DNA of 64,000 nucleotides, taken from NCBI GenBank assembly GCA_000004695.1, contig CM000150.2, positions 4,640,001-4,704,000 of the forward strand, in the 5' to 3' direction. The DNA comes from Dictyostelium discoideum. Lineage: Eukaryota. The notes below the pieces were generated by a model, which was not told where the DNA came from, ran no database searches, and saw only the letters and a program-made list of their open reading frames with translations. Shown one piece after another: positions 14,440 through 28,924 of this stretch (positions within the stretch are counted from its first letter, which is position 1; every line of letters begins with the position of its first letter). The position numbers and the translations under genes were made by a program.

Positions 14440-14565
14440 ATTTATTGGGCAACTTTTAAAAAAAAACAAAATGTTTGGGCAACTTTTTAAAAAATTTATT
14501 GGGCAACTTGATCCTAAAAAACAAAATTTATTGGGCAACTTTTTAAAAAAAACAAAATGTTTGGT
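14440..14565 (+). promoter_or_regulatory. Array of 5 direct copies of a 15-16 nt motif, TTTATTGGGCAACTT (with the variants tttgggcaact and ttggtcc), lying 170-290 bp upstream of the ATG at 14733.
   Basis: The copies are spaced 17-35 bp apart and separated by A-runs. They are GC-richer than the surrounding DNA. Related TGGGCAA/TGGGCGAA motifs recur in the HDAC-Ras intergenic region (29231-29258 and 29757-29781). Confidence 0.4.
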
Positions 14566-14732
14566 CCTTTAAAATATTATGGGTCAATTAATTCACAAAA
14601 ATCATTATTTTAAAGCAAAGGAAAATTTCAGGTAATACTATTTAAACTTAATAGTTTTTTTTTTAAAATTTTAAATACATTATATTTTTTTTTTAAAAAA
14701 AAAAAAATTTAATCACTATCGATTTTATCAAA

Positions 14733-15617
14733 ATGAAAAAAGTTATCTTTTTATCTTTAATTGTTTTTTTATGTTTATTACTTTTACCTTCAAATGATGC
14801 TCATATAGTAAATGATCCCACATTACCAGATTATATTGGTTTGGTTAGAGGTGGTAAGATTTATTTCTTTTAATTAAAATTGAAATTTTAATTTTAAAAA
14901 AACTAATTATATTTCATTTTAGGAATTTGTAGTATTCCAGTTTATGGTGCAGCCATAGATTCTTGTTTATATTTTGTATTCAATTTGGTATGTATTATTA
15001 AATTATTAAATTATGATAAAAAAGCTTTAAAATATTAATTTTAAAATCTAGTTTTATCCAAAACAACCAGAAGAACCAAAAGTAACGTAAGTAAAACACT
15101 TTTTATAAAAATAAAAGATATATATTGTAAATATATTTACAAATAATTTTAAAATTTAATTTAATTTAGAATGAAAGAGTTTAACGAAAGGTTGGAATTT
15201 ATTGCAAAAGATATGAAAACCTATACCAATAAAGTCATTAATGCAAGTGTTCTTCAAACATGCAGATATCAATTTAAAACTTTGAAAAAATCTTCAGATA
15301 ATTATATGGATATGCTCAATATATGGAAAAAAGAATTTGGTGCAACTGGTTTAACTACAGAAGAAACTAAAAACAATTTACCACCAGTGTTTTATGTTTT
15401 TTTAAGTAAATTGGAAGATTGTTTAATACAATTTTCAGATCCAACTCGTATTAGCCTCTTAGCCAAATTGTATATTGATACTGCAGTAATATACTCAGCA
15501 CTACTCCGTGATGCTAATTATAATGGAATTTCAATGGGTTTACATCCAGGAATTGTAAATGGAACAAACAAAGATATAATATTTAGTGCTAAAATTCGAT
15601 TACATTCACTTGATGTA

Positions 15618-15698
<81 letters not shown>

Positions 15699-16612
15699 CT
15701 AATTCTTTATTATGATTACATGTTAAATAGGTGTTTTCAAATTATATGATTATTTTACCACAAATATTAATTCAAAATGATAATAGATGTAGAACAAATT
15801 CAAATGGAAATTGGCGTTGTGAAGATAAATTTCCAGTACCAGATTGGAGCGGAACTATTTCACTATTCTTGTACTCAGATGTTACAAGATATGACCGTGA
15901 GGTAGTTTATAAACCAACCTCGACATCCTCAACAGGTGAAAGAATCAGTTGGGAACGTGGAGATAATACACAGAAAGGTGATAGTGGAACAATTATTATT
16001 CGTGACTTTGCAGATGTTGGTAGAAATATTAAAAAAGGTGTAGTTTGGACGTTGCCTTATGAAAGACCTCAACAATCTTTTGATTTTTTAACAGGATGCT
16101 ATGGAATTTACGTTCAATCTTATCCCTATAGAAAGTATGTTTCAGATGATGCTGTTGATATAACTTTTGTTGAGACTGAAAATCAACCAAATTATGATAT
16201 AGCCTTCATTCAAAGCTTTTTGTTATCCAAGCCAAACAATCAAGTTAAAATCAGAATTTATTATTCATATCACTTAAATAAAACCTATGAATATATACCA
16301 AATAACTTTCAACTAAAAGTAATAAAAACAAACTCAAATGGATATGAACTTAATAAAATTAGAAGAATTCTTGCCTCTGGATCTGATGACCTTTATTATT
16401 TAAATAAAACATACAGTTTTCATACTCAAGGATCAAGTAAAAACTTGGTTACTCGTTTAACATTCCATCAAAATAGAAGTTATCAATTGTATGATAGATT
16501 TGTATTTGAAACTCCAAAATTTGATGTAGGAAAGGATTTCTCTGTAATTCTATTACCAATCTCAAGATTTTCAATCCATTTATTTTCTATAGAAGTTATA
16601 TCTGATAAATAA
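14733..16612 (+). CDS. Secreted protein of unknown family. Five-exon model: 14733..14853, 14923..14987, 15052..15086, 15170..15614, 15731..16612.
   Basis: Exon 1 encodes MKKVIFLSLIVFLCLLLLPSNDAHIVNDPTLPDYIGLVRG (a signal peptide) and ends at a GTAAGA donor in phase 1. Exon 2 encodes GICSIPVYGAAIDSCLYFVFNL and ends at GTATGT. Exon 3 encodes FYPKQPEEPKVT and ends at GTAAGT. Exon 4 is the ORF 15171-15614. Its intron carries an 80-nt poly-T tract before the acceptor aaatAG. Exon 5 is the ORF 15731-16612. Phases are consistent throughout. The first two exons and the last 35 codons are independently conserved in the truncated paralog at 18843-19171, which supports the model. Confidence 0.6.
15621..15698. 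repeat. T(78) homopolymer inside intron 4 of the 14733-16612 gene.
   Basis: There is an uninterrupted T run between the donor at 15615 and the acceptor at 15730. Confidence 0.9.
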
Positions 16613-16992
16613 AATATTTAATCATGAGATAATATTTTTTTATTTTCTTAAATAAAATAATTACTCCAATAAAAATTTAGTTTTCTTTATTTCTACTTTT
16701 TTTTTTTTATTTTTTTTATTTTTGGTGTAGTAATTATTTTATTTTTGTTTTTATTTCTATTTTTTCAACCTCATTAACTCTCCTCTGTCTTAATTAGAAT
16801 TAAAACAAGTAAAAAAAAATTTCAAATAAATTAATTTTTACCAGCACACTGTTAATAATATTTTTTTTTTTTTTTTTTTTGGGAGATCTAACCACAACCA
16901 ACCTTTAATGTGGTTATTATTTTTTTTTTTCAGTGATTTCAAATTTTTAATATAAATTGATTTTTACAATAATAATAATAATTAATAATAAT

Positions 16993-17054
<62 letters not shown>

Positions 17055-17130
17055 TAATAATAATAATAAAAATAATAATAAACTGAATTGGAGAGCACTA
17101 AAATTATTAACTTGTAAAAAGTTTTTTTGA

Positions 17131-17190
17131 AGTAATTATCTCACAAGTATGGGTTAAAATTAATTTACGTTTTTATCACCCCAACAGTTT
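17131..17190 (+). promoter_or_regulatory. Conserved upstream element of the small-secreted-protein gene family, 180-240 bp 5' of the ATG.
   Basis: The element at 17131-17190, agtaattatctcacaagtatgggttaaaattaatttacgtttttatcaccccaacagttt, is about 85% identical to the reverse complement of 52388-52495. It is also found at 56740-56838 and a second time at 56877-56978. Confidence 0.5.
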
Positions 17191-17371
17191 ATTAAATAAA
17201 TTAATTTTTTATTTATAAATAATTAATATTATTTTTTTTTTTTTCTATAATAATTAATATTATTATTTTAGGTATTTAAACAATTATAAAAAAAAAATTA
17301 ATTTCATTTTCAAAAAATTTTATTCAATTGTAAATAACCAATTAAAATAAAATAAATTATTAAATTTAAAA

Positions 17372-18181
17372 ATGAAATTATTATTAGTTTTATTATCTCT
17401 TCTTTTAACATTTTCAGTATTGGTACAATCTGAAGAAGCCTATTTTGCTTTAAAAACCTATCAAGACAATGATTTTATTTTCAAATTAACTGATTCAGAA
17501 AAAATACAAAAAGCCAGAGATATTTTGTCTGGAAGTATGTTATAAATTTTAACAAACTTTAATAATAATAGTAACAATATACACGATTTTATAAAAATAT
17601 CCATATGCTAAAAATATTTTTTTATTTTTAAAATATAGAGGAAACTGAAGAAGTTCATGTAATGGGTAGAATTAGAAAGTCAAATAAAGACTATAATCCA
17701 AGTAAATATTGTTTTGACTTTTAATTAATTTTTTTATAATTATTTTACTAATTTCATTTCATCACTTATAGAGTATTCCTTTCATATTGACCCAGATACA
17801 GTCACATTTTTCAGTATGGCCATTGAAGTTTGTGATGCTACAGCTAGTTATGTAGAAGATTACCTTGATGAGGCCTGTGGTGGTGAGTATTTTAATATAT
17901 AAATTATAAAATTTTAATTAAAAACTAATACAATATTATTATTATTATTATTATTATTATTTTTTTTTATTTTTTTTTTATTTTTTTTATAAAATAAATA
18001 ATAGCTTTCCTCCCAGGGTATGTATTTAATTAAATATAATTTTGAAAAAATTAAAAACTACAATTTGATTAACACATATTTTTTTATAAAAAAAAAAAAT
18101 ATATATATAAATAATAAATGATTCAATAGTTGCTTCTGGTGTCCATGGGCTTCAAAGCTAACAAAAGAAATTAAAGTTTAA
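17372..18181 (+). CDS. Small secreted protein, about 135 aa, paralogous to the genes at 51403..52188 and 55724..56533. Five-exon model: 17372..17534, 17639..17701, 17772..17882, 18004..18016 (a 13-nt micro-exon), 18130..18181.
   Basis: Exon 1 encodes [55 protein letters not shown] (a signal peptide) and ends at GTATGT in phase 1. Exon 2 encodes [21 protein letters not shown] and ends at GTAAAT. Exon 3 encodes [38 protein letters not shown] and ends at GTGAGT. The micro-exon CTTTCCTCCCAGG encodes AFLPG and ends at GTATGT. Exon 5 encodes CFWCPWASKLTKEIKV and then stops. Exon lengths of 163/63/111/13/52 match the two paralogs almost exactly. Confidence 0.7.
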
Positions 18182-18842
18182 GAGTTAAATCAAATTAGCC
18201 ATGATAAATCAAATTAAATAATTTTTAAAAAAATTATTAATAAAGTTTTTTTTAACTAAAGTTTTTATAAAAAAAAATATGTATATTCTTTATAAAATAT
18301 TTTCTTGTTTTTAAATACTGCACTTCTTTGTGATGGTTATTTCAATGGATTTTAATGGTTTTACATAAATCATAAATAAATGAAACAATATCAGATGAAA
18401 TGACTTTTTCAACAAAACTATAACTACATTCAAAAGAGGTATTTTCTAACTATATGTATATTTTGTCAAGGTTTAATGTGGCTGCTGAAATTAATATTGT
18501 AATTCTAGCAGACATAAGTCCATATTAATTTTGGCATGGGACACTTGGAACATAAATCCTATAGGCACCTATAGGATATTACAAAATCAAAACTTTGTTT
18601 ATACCTTAATTACCAAATTATACCTTGATCTATATTTTTACCAACATCAGCAAAGTAACTTATATGAGGAATACCTCTATCACCATAATAACATCAATAC
18701 ATTACTTTGGTATTAATTCCCATGCAACTCTATCTCGACCTTTTATTGAGGGGTAAAATTGTACAAAAAGATCATATGTTTTAACATCAGAGTATAAAAA
18801 CAGTGATATTTTACCACTTCAATCTGGCACTGGATCATAAAT

Positions 18843-19171
18843 TAAAAAAGTTATCCTTTTATCATTTTTTGTACTTCCTTCCTTTGGTTCTGGTTATAGT
18901 TTAAATGACCCGACTACTCCTAATTATGTTGGTTTGGTTCGTGGGGGTATTTATTTTTTTTTTAATTTATTTTAAAATAATAATTAATAATTTTGTTTTT
19001 TTATAAGGTATATGCTCTATCCCTACTTACGGGGCAATAGTAGATTCTATTTTCGGATTTGTTTTTGAAACTGAAACTTTGGTTGTTTCTTCAAATAAAT
19101 TTACAATACTCATTTTACCAATACAAAGATTTTCCACCCATTTATTAACCTTAGAGGTTATTATTGATTAA
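18843..19171 (+). pseudogene. Truncated relic paralog of the 14733..16612 secreted-protein gene. It retains exons 1-2 fused to the last 35 codons, has no ATG, and has an in-frame TAA immediately upstream.
   Basis: The first segment, KKVILLSFFVLPSFGSGYSLNDPTTPNYVGLVRG|GTATTT, matches exon 1 of the full gene. The second segment, GICSIPTYGAIVDSIFGFVFETETLVVSSNKFTILILPIQRFSTHLLTLEVIID*, matches exon 2 and the C-terminus ...FVFETPKFDVGKDFSVILLPISRFSIHLFSIEVISDK*. The start codon is mutated: the sequence is ataaattaaaaaag where the intact gene has atgaaaaaag. Confidence 0.5.
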
Positions 19172-19265
19172 TAAAAAAAATAAAAAAATAAAAATAAAAT
19201 AAAATTATTAAATTAAAAAAAAAAAGAAAAACATCTTATATACAAATGTTTATTAGAGTGTACAA

Positions 19266-19315
<50 letters not shown>

Positions 19316-19321
<6 letters not shown>

Positions 19322-20142
19322 TAATTTTGATTCTGATTGTTGGTCAGCAATATTTGAATTTCTTAACCATAAAATTAAATTTGTTCTTTCACCACTTGTT
19401 AAACCTAATGCACCATGACGATGAACACCAATATGAATTAAAGCTACACCTGGAATATGTTTGAATTCAAAGTATTCGTTATGAGTTTCAGGTTTATCTA
19501 AAATTCCTTTAAAGTATAAAGAACCGCCAGTGAATTCGCTACCTAAACATAAATTTACAGTTATATCAGATTCATCATAATGGAAACCTAATTCTTTTTC
19601 TTTATCCATTTTATATTGAACTGCAAATGCATGATGACTATTTAACTTTTCACCATTGTAATCTTTATATAGAATTGATGTGAATAATGATAAATAATCT
19701 TCTCTAAGTTGTTTAAAAAACTCGGTGAATCCCATTTCATCCAATACTGCGCCATAATTATTCATAGAGTTTGGTCTTGCTGTTGGTAATCCTGTATTTT
19801 TAAAATTTTCGATCTCTTCTAATAATTTACTAAAATAAAAATAAAAATGAAAATAAAATTAAAATTAAAATTAGATTTTTTTACTTTTGTTAATCAATTA
19901 TAATAATAATAAAATTAAATTACATACGTGCAAAATTCCATTGTAAATATTCTAAAAGAATAAATTCTAGTTTCAGTTAATTTCGTTAATGCTTTTAAAA
20001 GGTCATCTTGGTTTTTAGTTTTCTTATATTGTTTAATTGGTTCTATGAAATCTTTATCAAAATACTCTTCTCTCAATTCAAAAATTTCTGGATATTTTCT
20101 TTTATATAATTTCGAAATCATATTAATTCTAGCCTCTCTCAT
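19316..20142 (-). CDS. 2-oxoglutarate/Fe(II)-dependent dioxygenase family protein. Two exons: 20142..19928 and 19829..19316.
   Basis: Exon 1 encodes MREARINMISKLYKRKYPEIFELREEYFDKDFIEPIKQYKKTKNQDDLLKALTKLTETRIYSFRIFTMEFC and ends at a GTATGT donor (19927..19922) in phase 2. The acceptor ttttattttAG sits at 19831-19830. Exon 2 encodes TKLLEEIENFKNTGLPTARPNSMNNYGAVLDEM...GFHYDESDITVNLCLGSEFTGGSLYF...HIPGVALIHIGVHRHGALGLTSGERTNLILWL. The HxD...H...R pattern is diagnostic of the Fe2OG dioxygenase fold. The 3'UTR begins with (TAA)n. Confidence 0.75.
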
Positions 20143-20212
20143 TTTTAATAGTTTATTAAATCCTATATTATATTAAATATTAAATATTAAATTGGAAAAA
20201 AAAAAAAAACTA

Positions 20213-20875
20213 TTAGTATAAAAAAAAAAAGAAATAATAAAATTGAATATAATTACCATTTTGTGAATTTTGAATACGCTTTAGTTCTGATTTGGTTGCG
20301 TTATGATGCTTTGAACAACATTGTTGCGAATCTTCATTGTCATCATGTTCATGATGACCATCAGTATTACAACATCCCTTATGTTCGTGTTGGTGATGCT
20401 CATGCTCATGCTCATGCTCATGATCATTGTCATTGTCATGTTTTTCGTTGTGTGTTTCATCTTCATCAGCATCATCATCACTTTCGTCGGTATCACTATC
20501 TAAATCTTTCTCCGATACAATAGTATAGGTTTTATTTGGTACCAAATCATAATTATTATCCTCATCTGGGAAGTATTCTTCACCATTTCCGTCTACAACG
20601 ATGAGACCTCCTTCAGTTTGAAATAAATCATCCAATATATCTTTGGTTGAATATTTTTTGGCCAATCTTAATTCTCCATAACCTTTTTTTAAAATTGTAT
20701 AAATAATAATAAAAAAAAAGAAAAAAAATAAAAAAAGAAAATAGTTAATAAAAATGATATTGTTTTTTTTTTTTTTTTTAATATTCTATTACTTACCCAA
20801 ACTTGTGAAATGAATAATTTCATTGTTGATGTTGTTGTTATTGTTGTTGTTTGAAGAAGAAATTGAAGTTGTCAT
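20213..20875 (-). CDS. Acidic, His/Glu/Asp-rich protein with HEHEHEHEHHQHEH and CC motifs. Two-exon model: 20875..20797 and 20682..20213.
   Basis: Exon 1 starts at ATG 20875 and encodes [26 protein letters not shown], ending at a GTAAGT donor (20796..20791) in phase 1. The acceptor aaaaaaAG sits at 20684-20683. Exon 2 encodes GYGELRLAKKYSTKDILDDLFQTEGGLIVVDGNGEEYFPDEDNNYDLVPNKTYTIVSEKDLDSDTDESDDDADEDETHNEKHDNDNDHEHEHEHEHHQHEHKGCCNTDGHHEHDDNEDSQQCCSKHH.... The long ORF itself lacks an ATG (it begins at TTG), which supports the upstream exon. The C-terminal end (..GNYIQFYYFFFFLY) is doubtful; a GTAATT donor at about 20277 could terminate the protein earlier. Confidence 0.5.
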
Positions 20876-21546
20876 TTTGTTTATTATTGAGTTTTAAAAT
20901 TATTATTGGAAAGTTATTTGTTTATTTGTTTGAATAAAAAAATTATTTAGAACTTATATATATATATATATTTAATATTATTTATTTAAATTTGAATATA
21001 AAAATAAAAAAATAAAAATAAAAAAAATATTTTGTTTTAAAATTTTAAGTGGGAAAGGGGGTGTGTTATTATTATTATTATTATTATTATAATTATTTTT
21101 ATTATAATTGTTTTTTGCTTTATTTTAAAAATATAAAAGAAAAGAAAAAAAAAAAAAAATTTTATTTAGTTATTTTTAAAATATCTATGCTTTTTTTTTA
21201 ATATCTATAAAAAGGTAATCGATTTTTTTTTTTTAATTTTTTAATTTTTTTTTATTTTTATTTTTAAATTAAAAAAAAAACGATTTCAATTTTTTTTCTT
21301 TTTTTTCTCATTTTTATTTTTTTTTTATTTTTTTATTTTTTTATTTTTTTTTATTTTTTTATTTTTTTTTTTTTTTTAATTTAAATTTGAAATTAAAAAA
21401 TGAAAAAAAAAAAATGGAAATAAAGAAAATAAATTAATTAATTAACCTGATTATTCGGATTTTAGGAAAAAACCATGAAACTTGAATTAAATAATTATTT
21501 AATTAAAAATAATATTTTTTTTATTACTCTGTTTTTTTAAATATTA

Positions 21547-22128
21547 TCAAAAATTATTTAATATTGTTTTCTCAATTGTTTGTAAATCTGATCCAGCTTT
21601 AGTTTGGCAAAAATACAAAAATTAAAAATTAAAAATTAAAAAAATAAAAAAATATGGGGTTAATAAATAAATAGATAAATAAATAAAAAAAATAAAAAAC
21701 CAAATACATACAATACTCTGATATTTTAGAACCATTTTTTAAAAAAATGAAATGAAGAACGGTGGATAACTTTGAAATCAATGGATGAATCAAACTTTGG
21801 ATATCTACTTTTAAGAAATTAACTGTTGGATATTGTTCACTTAATTTTGAAAAAGGTTGTGAAATCATTCTACATAACTATTAATAATATTAAAATTAAT
21901 ACAAAAAAATATTTAAGTTGCACTTTAATATTAAATTTAAAACATAATTGCCTGGATTTTTTTTTTTTTTTAAAAAAAAAATACTATTATTATAAAAAAA
22001 AAAAAAAAAAAAAAAAAATATTTATAATACTTACATTTTAATGAACTGTAAAATACAAAAACATATATAGACCTGTTTAGATAAAAGTCTAATTCTTGAG
22101 ATGAATTTATAATTATTACTTTTTCCAT
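21547..22128 (-). CDS. Thioredoxin-like protein of about 95 aa with an apparently degenerate active site. Three-exon model: 22128..22057, 21877..21712, 21596..21547. Only the middle exon appears in the ORF track.
   Basis: The assembled protein is MEKVIIINSSQELDFYLNRSIYVF | LCRMISQPFSKLSEQYPTVNFLKVDIQSLIHPLISKLSTVLHFIFLKNGSKISEY | SGSDLQTIEKTILNNF*. It parallels the thioredoxin layout (V.HV.S.EELD.YL...VVVDF...WCGPCR.ISPVFEKLS.EF..F.FLHVDID......I......PTF.FY.NGSKVSEFSGA....L..TLEA) across its whole length. The WCGPC region is reduced to LC and the PTF motif to LHF. The exon 2 donor is GTATGT (21711..21706, phase 1). The exon 3 acceptor is ctaaAG (21598-21597). The exon 1 donor is a weak GTATTT, and the alternative GTAAGT at 22031..22026 is out of phase, so the exon 1/2 junction is uncertain. 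Confidence 0.5.
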
Positions 22129-22178
22129 TTTGTTAATGAAAAAAAATTCAAATAAATGAAAAAAAAAAATTCAAATAA

Positions 22179-22214
<36 letters not shown>

Positions 22215-22404
22215 AAAAGTAGTGTTTCATAATTTACCTTTTTTATATAGATTGTAATGTTTATTTTTATTGTTTTGATAAAATAATAATTTAAACTTTA
22301 TTAATAAAAACATTCAAGTTTGAGACTTTTTTAAAACTTTTAATTTTAATTTTTATTTTTATTATTTTAAAACTTTTAATTTTTATTTTTATTATTTTAA
22401 AAAA

Positions 22405-26147
<3,743 letters not shown>

Positions 26148-26182
26148 TTATTACTTGTCTATTATAGAGATACAAAGATAGG

Positions 26183-26215
<33 letters not shown>

Positions 26216-27183
26216 CCGAACGACAAAAAAAAAAAGGTTTTTTCAAATAATTATTTTTAATTTTTTTTTATTTTTTTATTTTTTTTATTTTTTTTTTTTA
26301 ACTGAAGTGTAATTAAAAAAAAAAAAAAAAACAGTGTTGTTGGAATTGTGATTAAAATGTTCTAGGGCATAGTTGGTTTTCCGATTATCAAGAGTGTAAT
26401 CAATTGGATCAAAGGTTTTTGAATTTATATTGGAACTCTCATCAGCTGTGCTTAAAAAATCATTATCATTTGATTTTTGTTGGTAATAGAAATACCATTG
26501 TTCACAATCCCACAATTAATTTAAAAAGCCACTTGATGAAATCTATTTATTTATTAACTCATTTCCTAAAAGAATATTCAGTAAACTCGATTTCAACAAA
26601 TTTCCTTTTTTTTTTTTTTTTTTTTTTTTTGTCAGATCAATGGATATTAGTTTGAATAAATATTTTTTAGTTTTTTAGTTTTCTTTTTTCTTTATCATTT
26701 CAAAGGGTGTCATTTTATTTCGACATTTATTGGGTAAAAAATAAAAAAAATGATAAATATCTTTTATTTTGGATTTTAACCCAATGTTACGTTTGTTTCA
26801 AAAAAAAAAAATAAAAATATATTTTTTCAACAATTTTTTTTTTTTTTTTTTTTTTTTTAAAATTTTTTTTTTTTTTTTTTTTTTATTTCAACAAATAATA
26901 CCAAAAAGATAAAAATAAAAATTTACTTAACCTTTGTATATTAGTAGTTTTTCTTTTTTTATTTAATAGAAAAGAAAAAAGAAAAAAAGTATCAACTTTA
27001 TAAACCATTAAAGATTGTTTCTCATCTTCATCATTCTTCATTCATAATTGTGGTCATTATTGGTATCATAAATAGAATTAATTTTAGTTTAATATAATTT
27101 CGTAAAAATACACATAAAATATAAAAATACATTAAACAATAATCATTCTTCATTCATCATTCATCATTATCATTTTTTAAAAT

Positions 27184-27553
27184 ATGGAATATAATACAAT
27201 TTTAAACAATACAAGTAAAACAAGAGTATGTTATTTCTTTGATCAAGATGTTGGTAATTACTTTTATGGTCCTTATCATCCAATGAAACCTCATCGTTTA
27301 TGTTTAACAAATAATTTAGTTTTAAACTATGGTTTACATAAGAAAATGCATCTTTACAAAGCTAGACCTGCTGATGCTGAAGATATGTTGAAATTTCATT
27401 CTGAAGATTATGTTGATTTTTTAGAAAGGTATTTATAATAACTATTATAATAATTATCATTATTTATTTTAATTCTAATTGTAATTTAATTTATATTTAC
27501 TTTATATGTAATAATAAAAATAAATTACAAATTCAATTCAATTCAAAAAAAAA

Positions 27554-27602
<49 letters not shown>

Positions 27603-28684
27603 ATAATAAAAAAAAGAGTTACACCAGAAAATATTAATGAATGGAAAGATGTTAAAAGGTTTCATATTGGAGAGGATTGTCCAGTATTTCCAGGATTGTA
27701 TGATTATTGTTCAATTTATTCAGGTGGATCAATTGAAGGAGCGTTAAAATTAAATCATAGGATGTATGATATTGCAATTAATTGGAGTGGTGGATTACAT
27801 CATGCAAGAAAGGATGAAGCATCTGGTTTCTGTTATGTAAATGATATAGTATTGGCAATTTTAGAACTTTTGAAATTTCATGCACGTGTACTCTACATTG
27901 ATATCGATGTTCATCATGGCGATGGTGTTCAAGAGGCATTCTATCTAACTGATAGAGTTATGACTGTAAGTTTTCATAAATTTGGTGGTGATTTCTTTCC
28001 TGGTACTGGTGATATCGATGAAATTGGTGCTAAAACTGGTAAACTCTATTCTGTAAATGTACCATTAGCTGATGGTATTGATGATAAAAACTATTTAAAT
28101 ATTTTTAAACCTGTAATTCAAGTAAGTAATTAATAAATAATAATAATCAAGTTCAATAAAAATACTAATAATAATAATAATAATAATGATTAATAAAAGG
28201 GAGTAATGGATTATTATAGGCCATCAGTTATAGTATTACAATGTGGAGCAGATTCATTAAGATTTGATAGATTAGGTTGTTTTAATTTAACAATTAAAGG
28301 TCATGCAGAATGTGTTAGATTTGTAAAGAGTTTTAATATACCAACCTTGGTATTGGGTGGTGGTGGCTATACAGTTAGAAATGTAGCAAGATGTTGGACT
28401 TATGAAACATCAGTTTGTGTAGACACTGAAGTTAATAATGAACTACCATACAATGATTACATTCAATTCTATAGTCCCGATTTTCAATTGATACCTGATT
28501 ACACTGGTTTACCATTTAAATATGAAAATGCAAACACCAAGTCTTATTTAGAATCTCTCAGAATTAAAATTTTAGAAAATTTAAGAATTTTACAATGGGC
28601 ACCAAGTGTTCAAATACAAGATGTTCCACCTGATATAATGCCAATTGATTTTGATAGAGATGAAGATTCAAAAGTAAGTTGGAG

Positions 28685-28716
<32 letters not shown>

Positions 28717-28853
28717 ATTATTATTATTATAAAAAAAAAAATATCCAGGGTTGCTAATAGATTTTTTTATTTTTTTTATTTTTTTATTTATTTATTTATA
28801 AAAATTAGGAAAATATGGATAAAAGAAAGAAAAAGCATAATGATTTTAGTTGA
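27184..28853 (+). CDS. Class I histone deacetylase (HDAC1/RPD3-like). Four exons: 27184..27428, 27617..28121, 28200..28673, 28809..28853.
   Basis: Exon 1 encodes [81 protein letters not shown], which is near-identical in pattern to HDAC1 residues 8-90. Exon 2 encodes (R)[46 protein letters not shown]...[51 protein letters not shown]...[14 protein letters not shown]. Exon 3 encodes [72 protein letters not shown].... Exon 4 is short and basic, encoding [14 protein letters not shown]. The donors are GTATTT (forced by reading frame), GTAAGT and GTAAGT. The last exon is the least certain. Confidence 0.8.
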
Positions 28854-28891
28854 CACCCAAAAGCAAAGAATGAAAGAACGAAAAGAATGGG

Positions 28892-28924
<33 letters not shown>

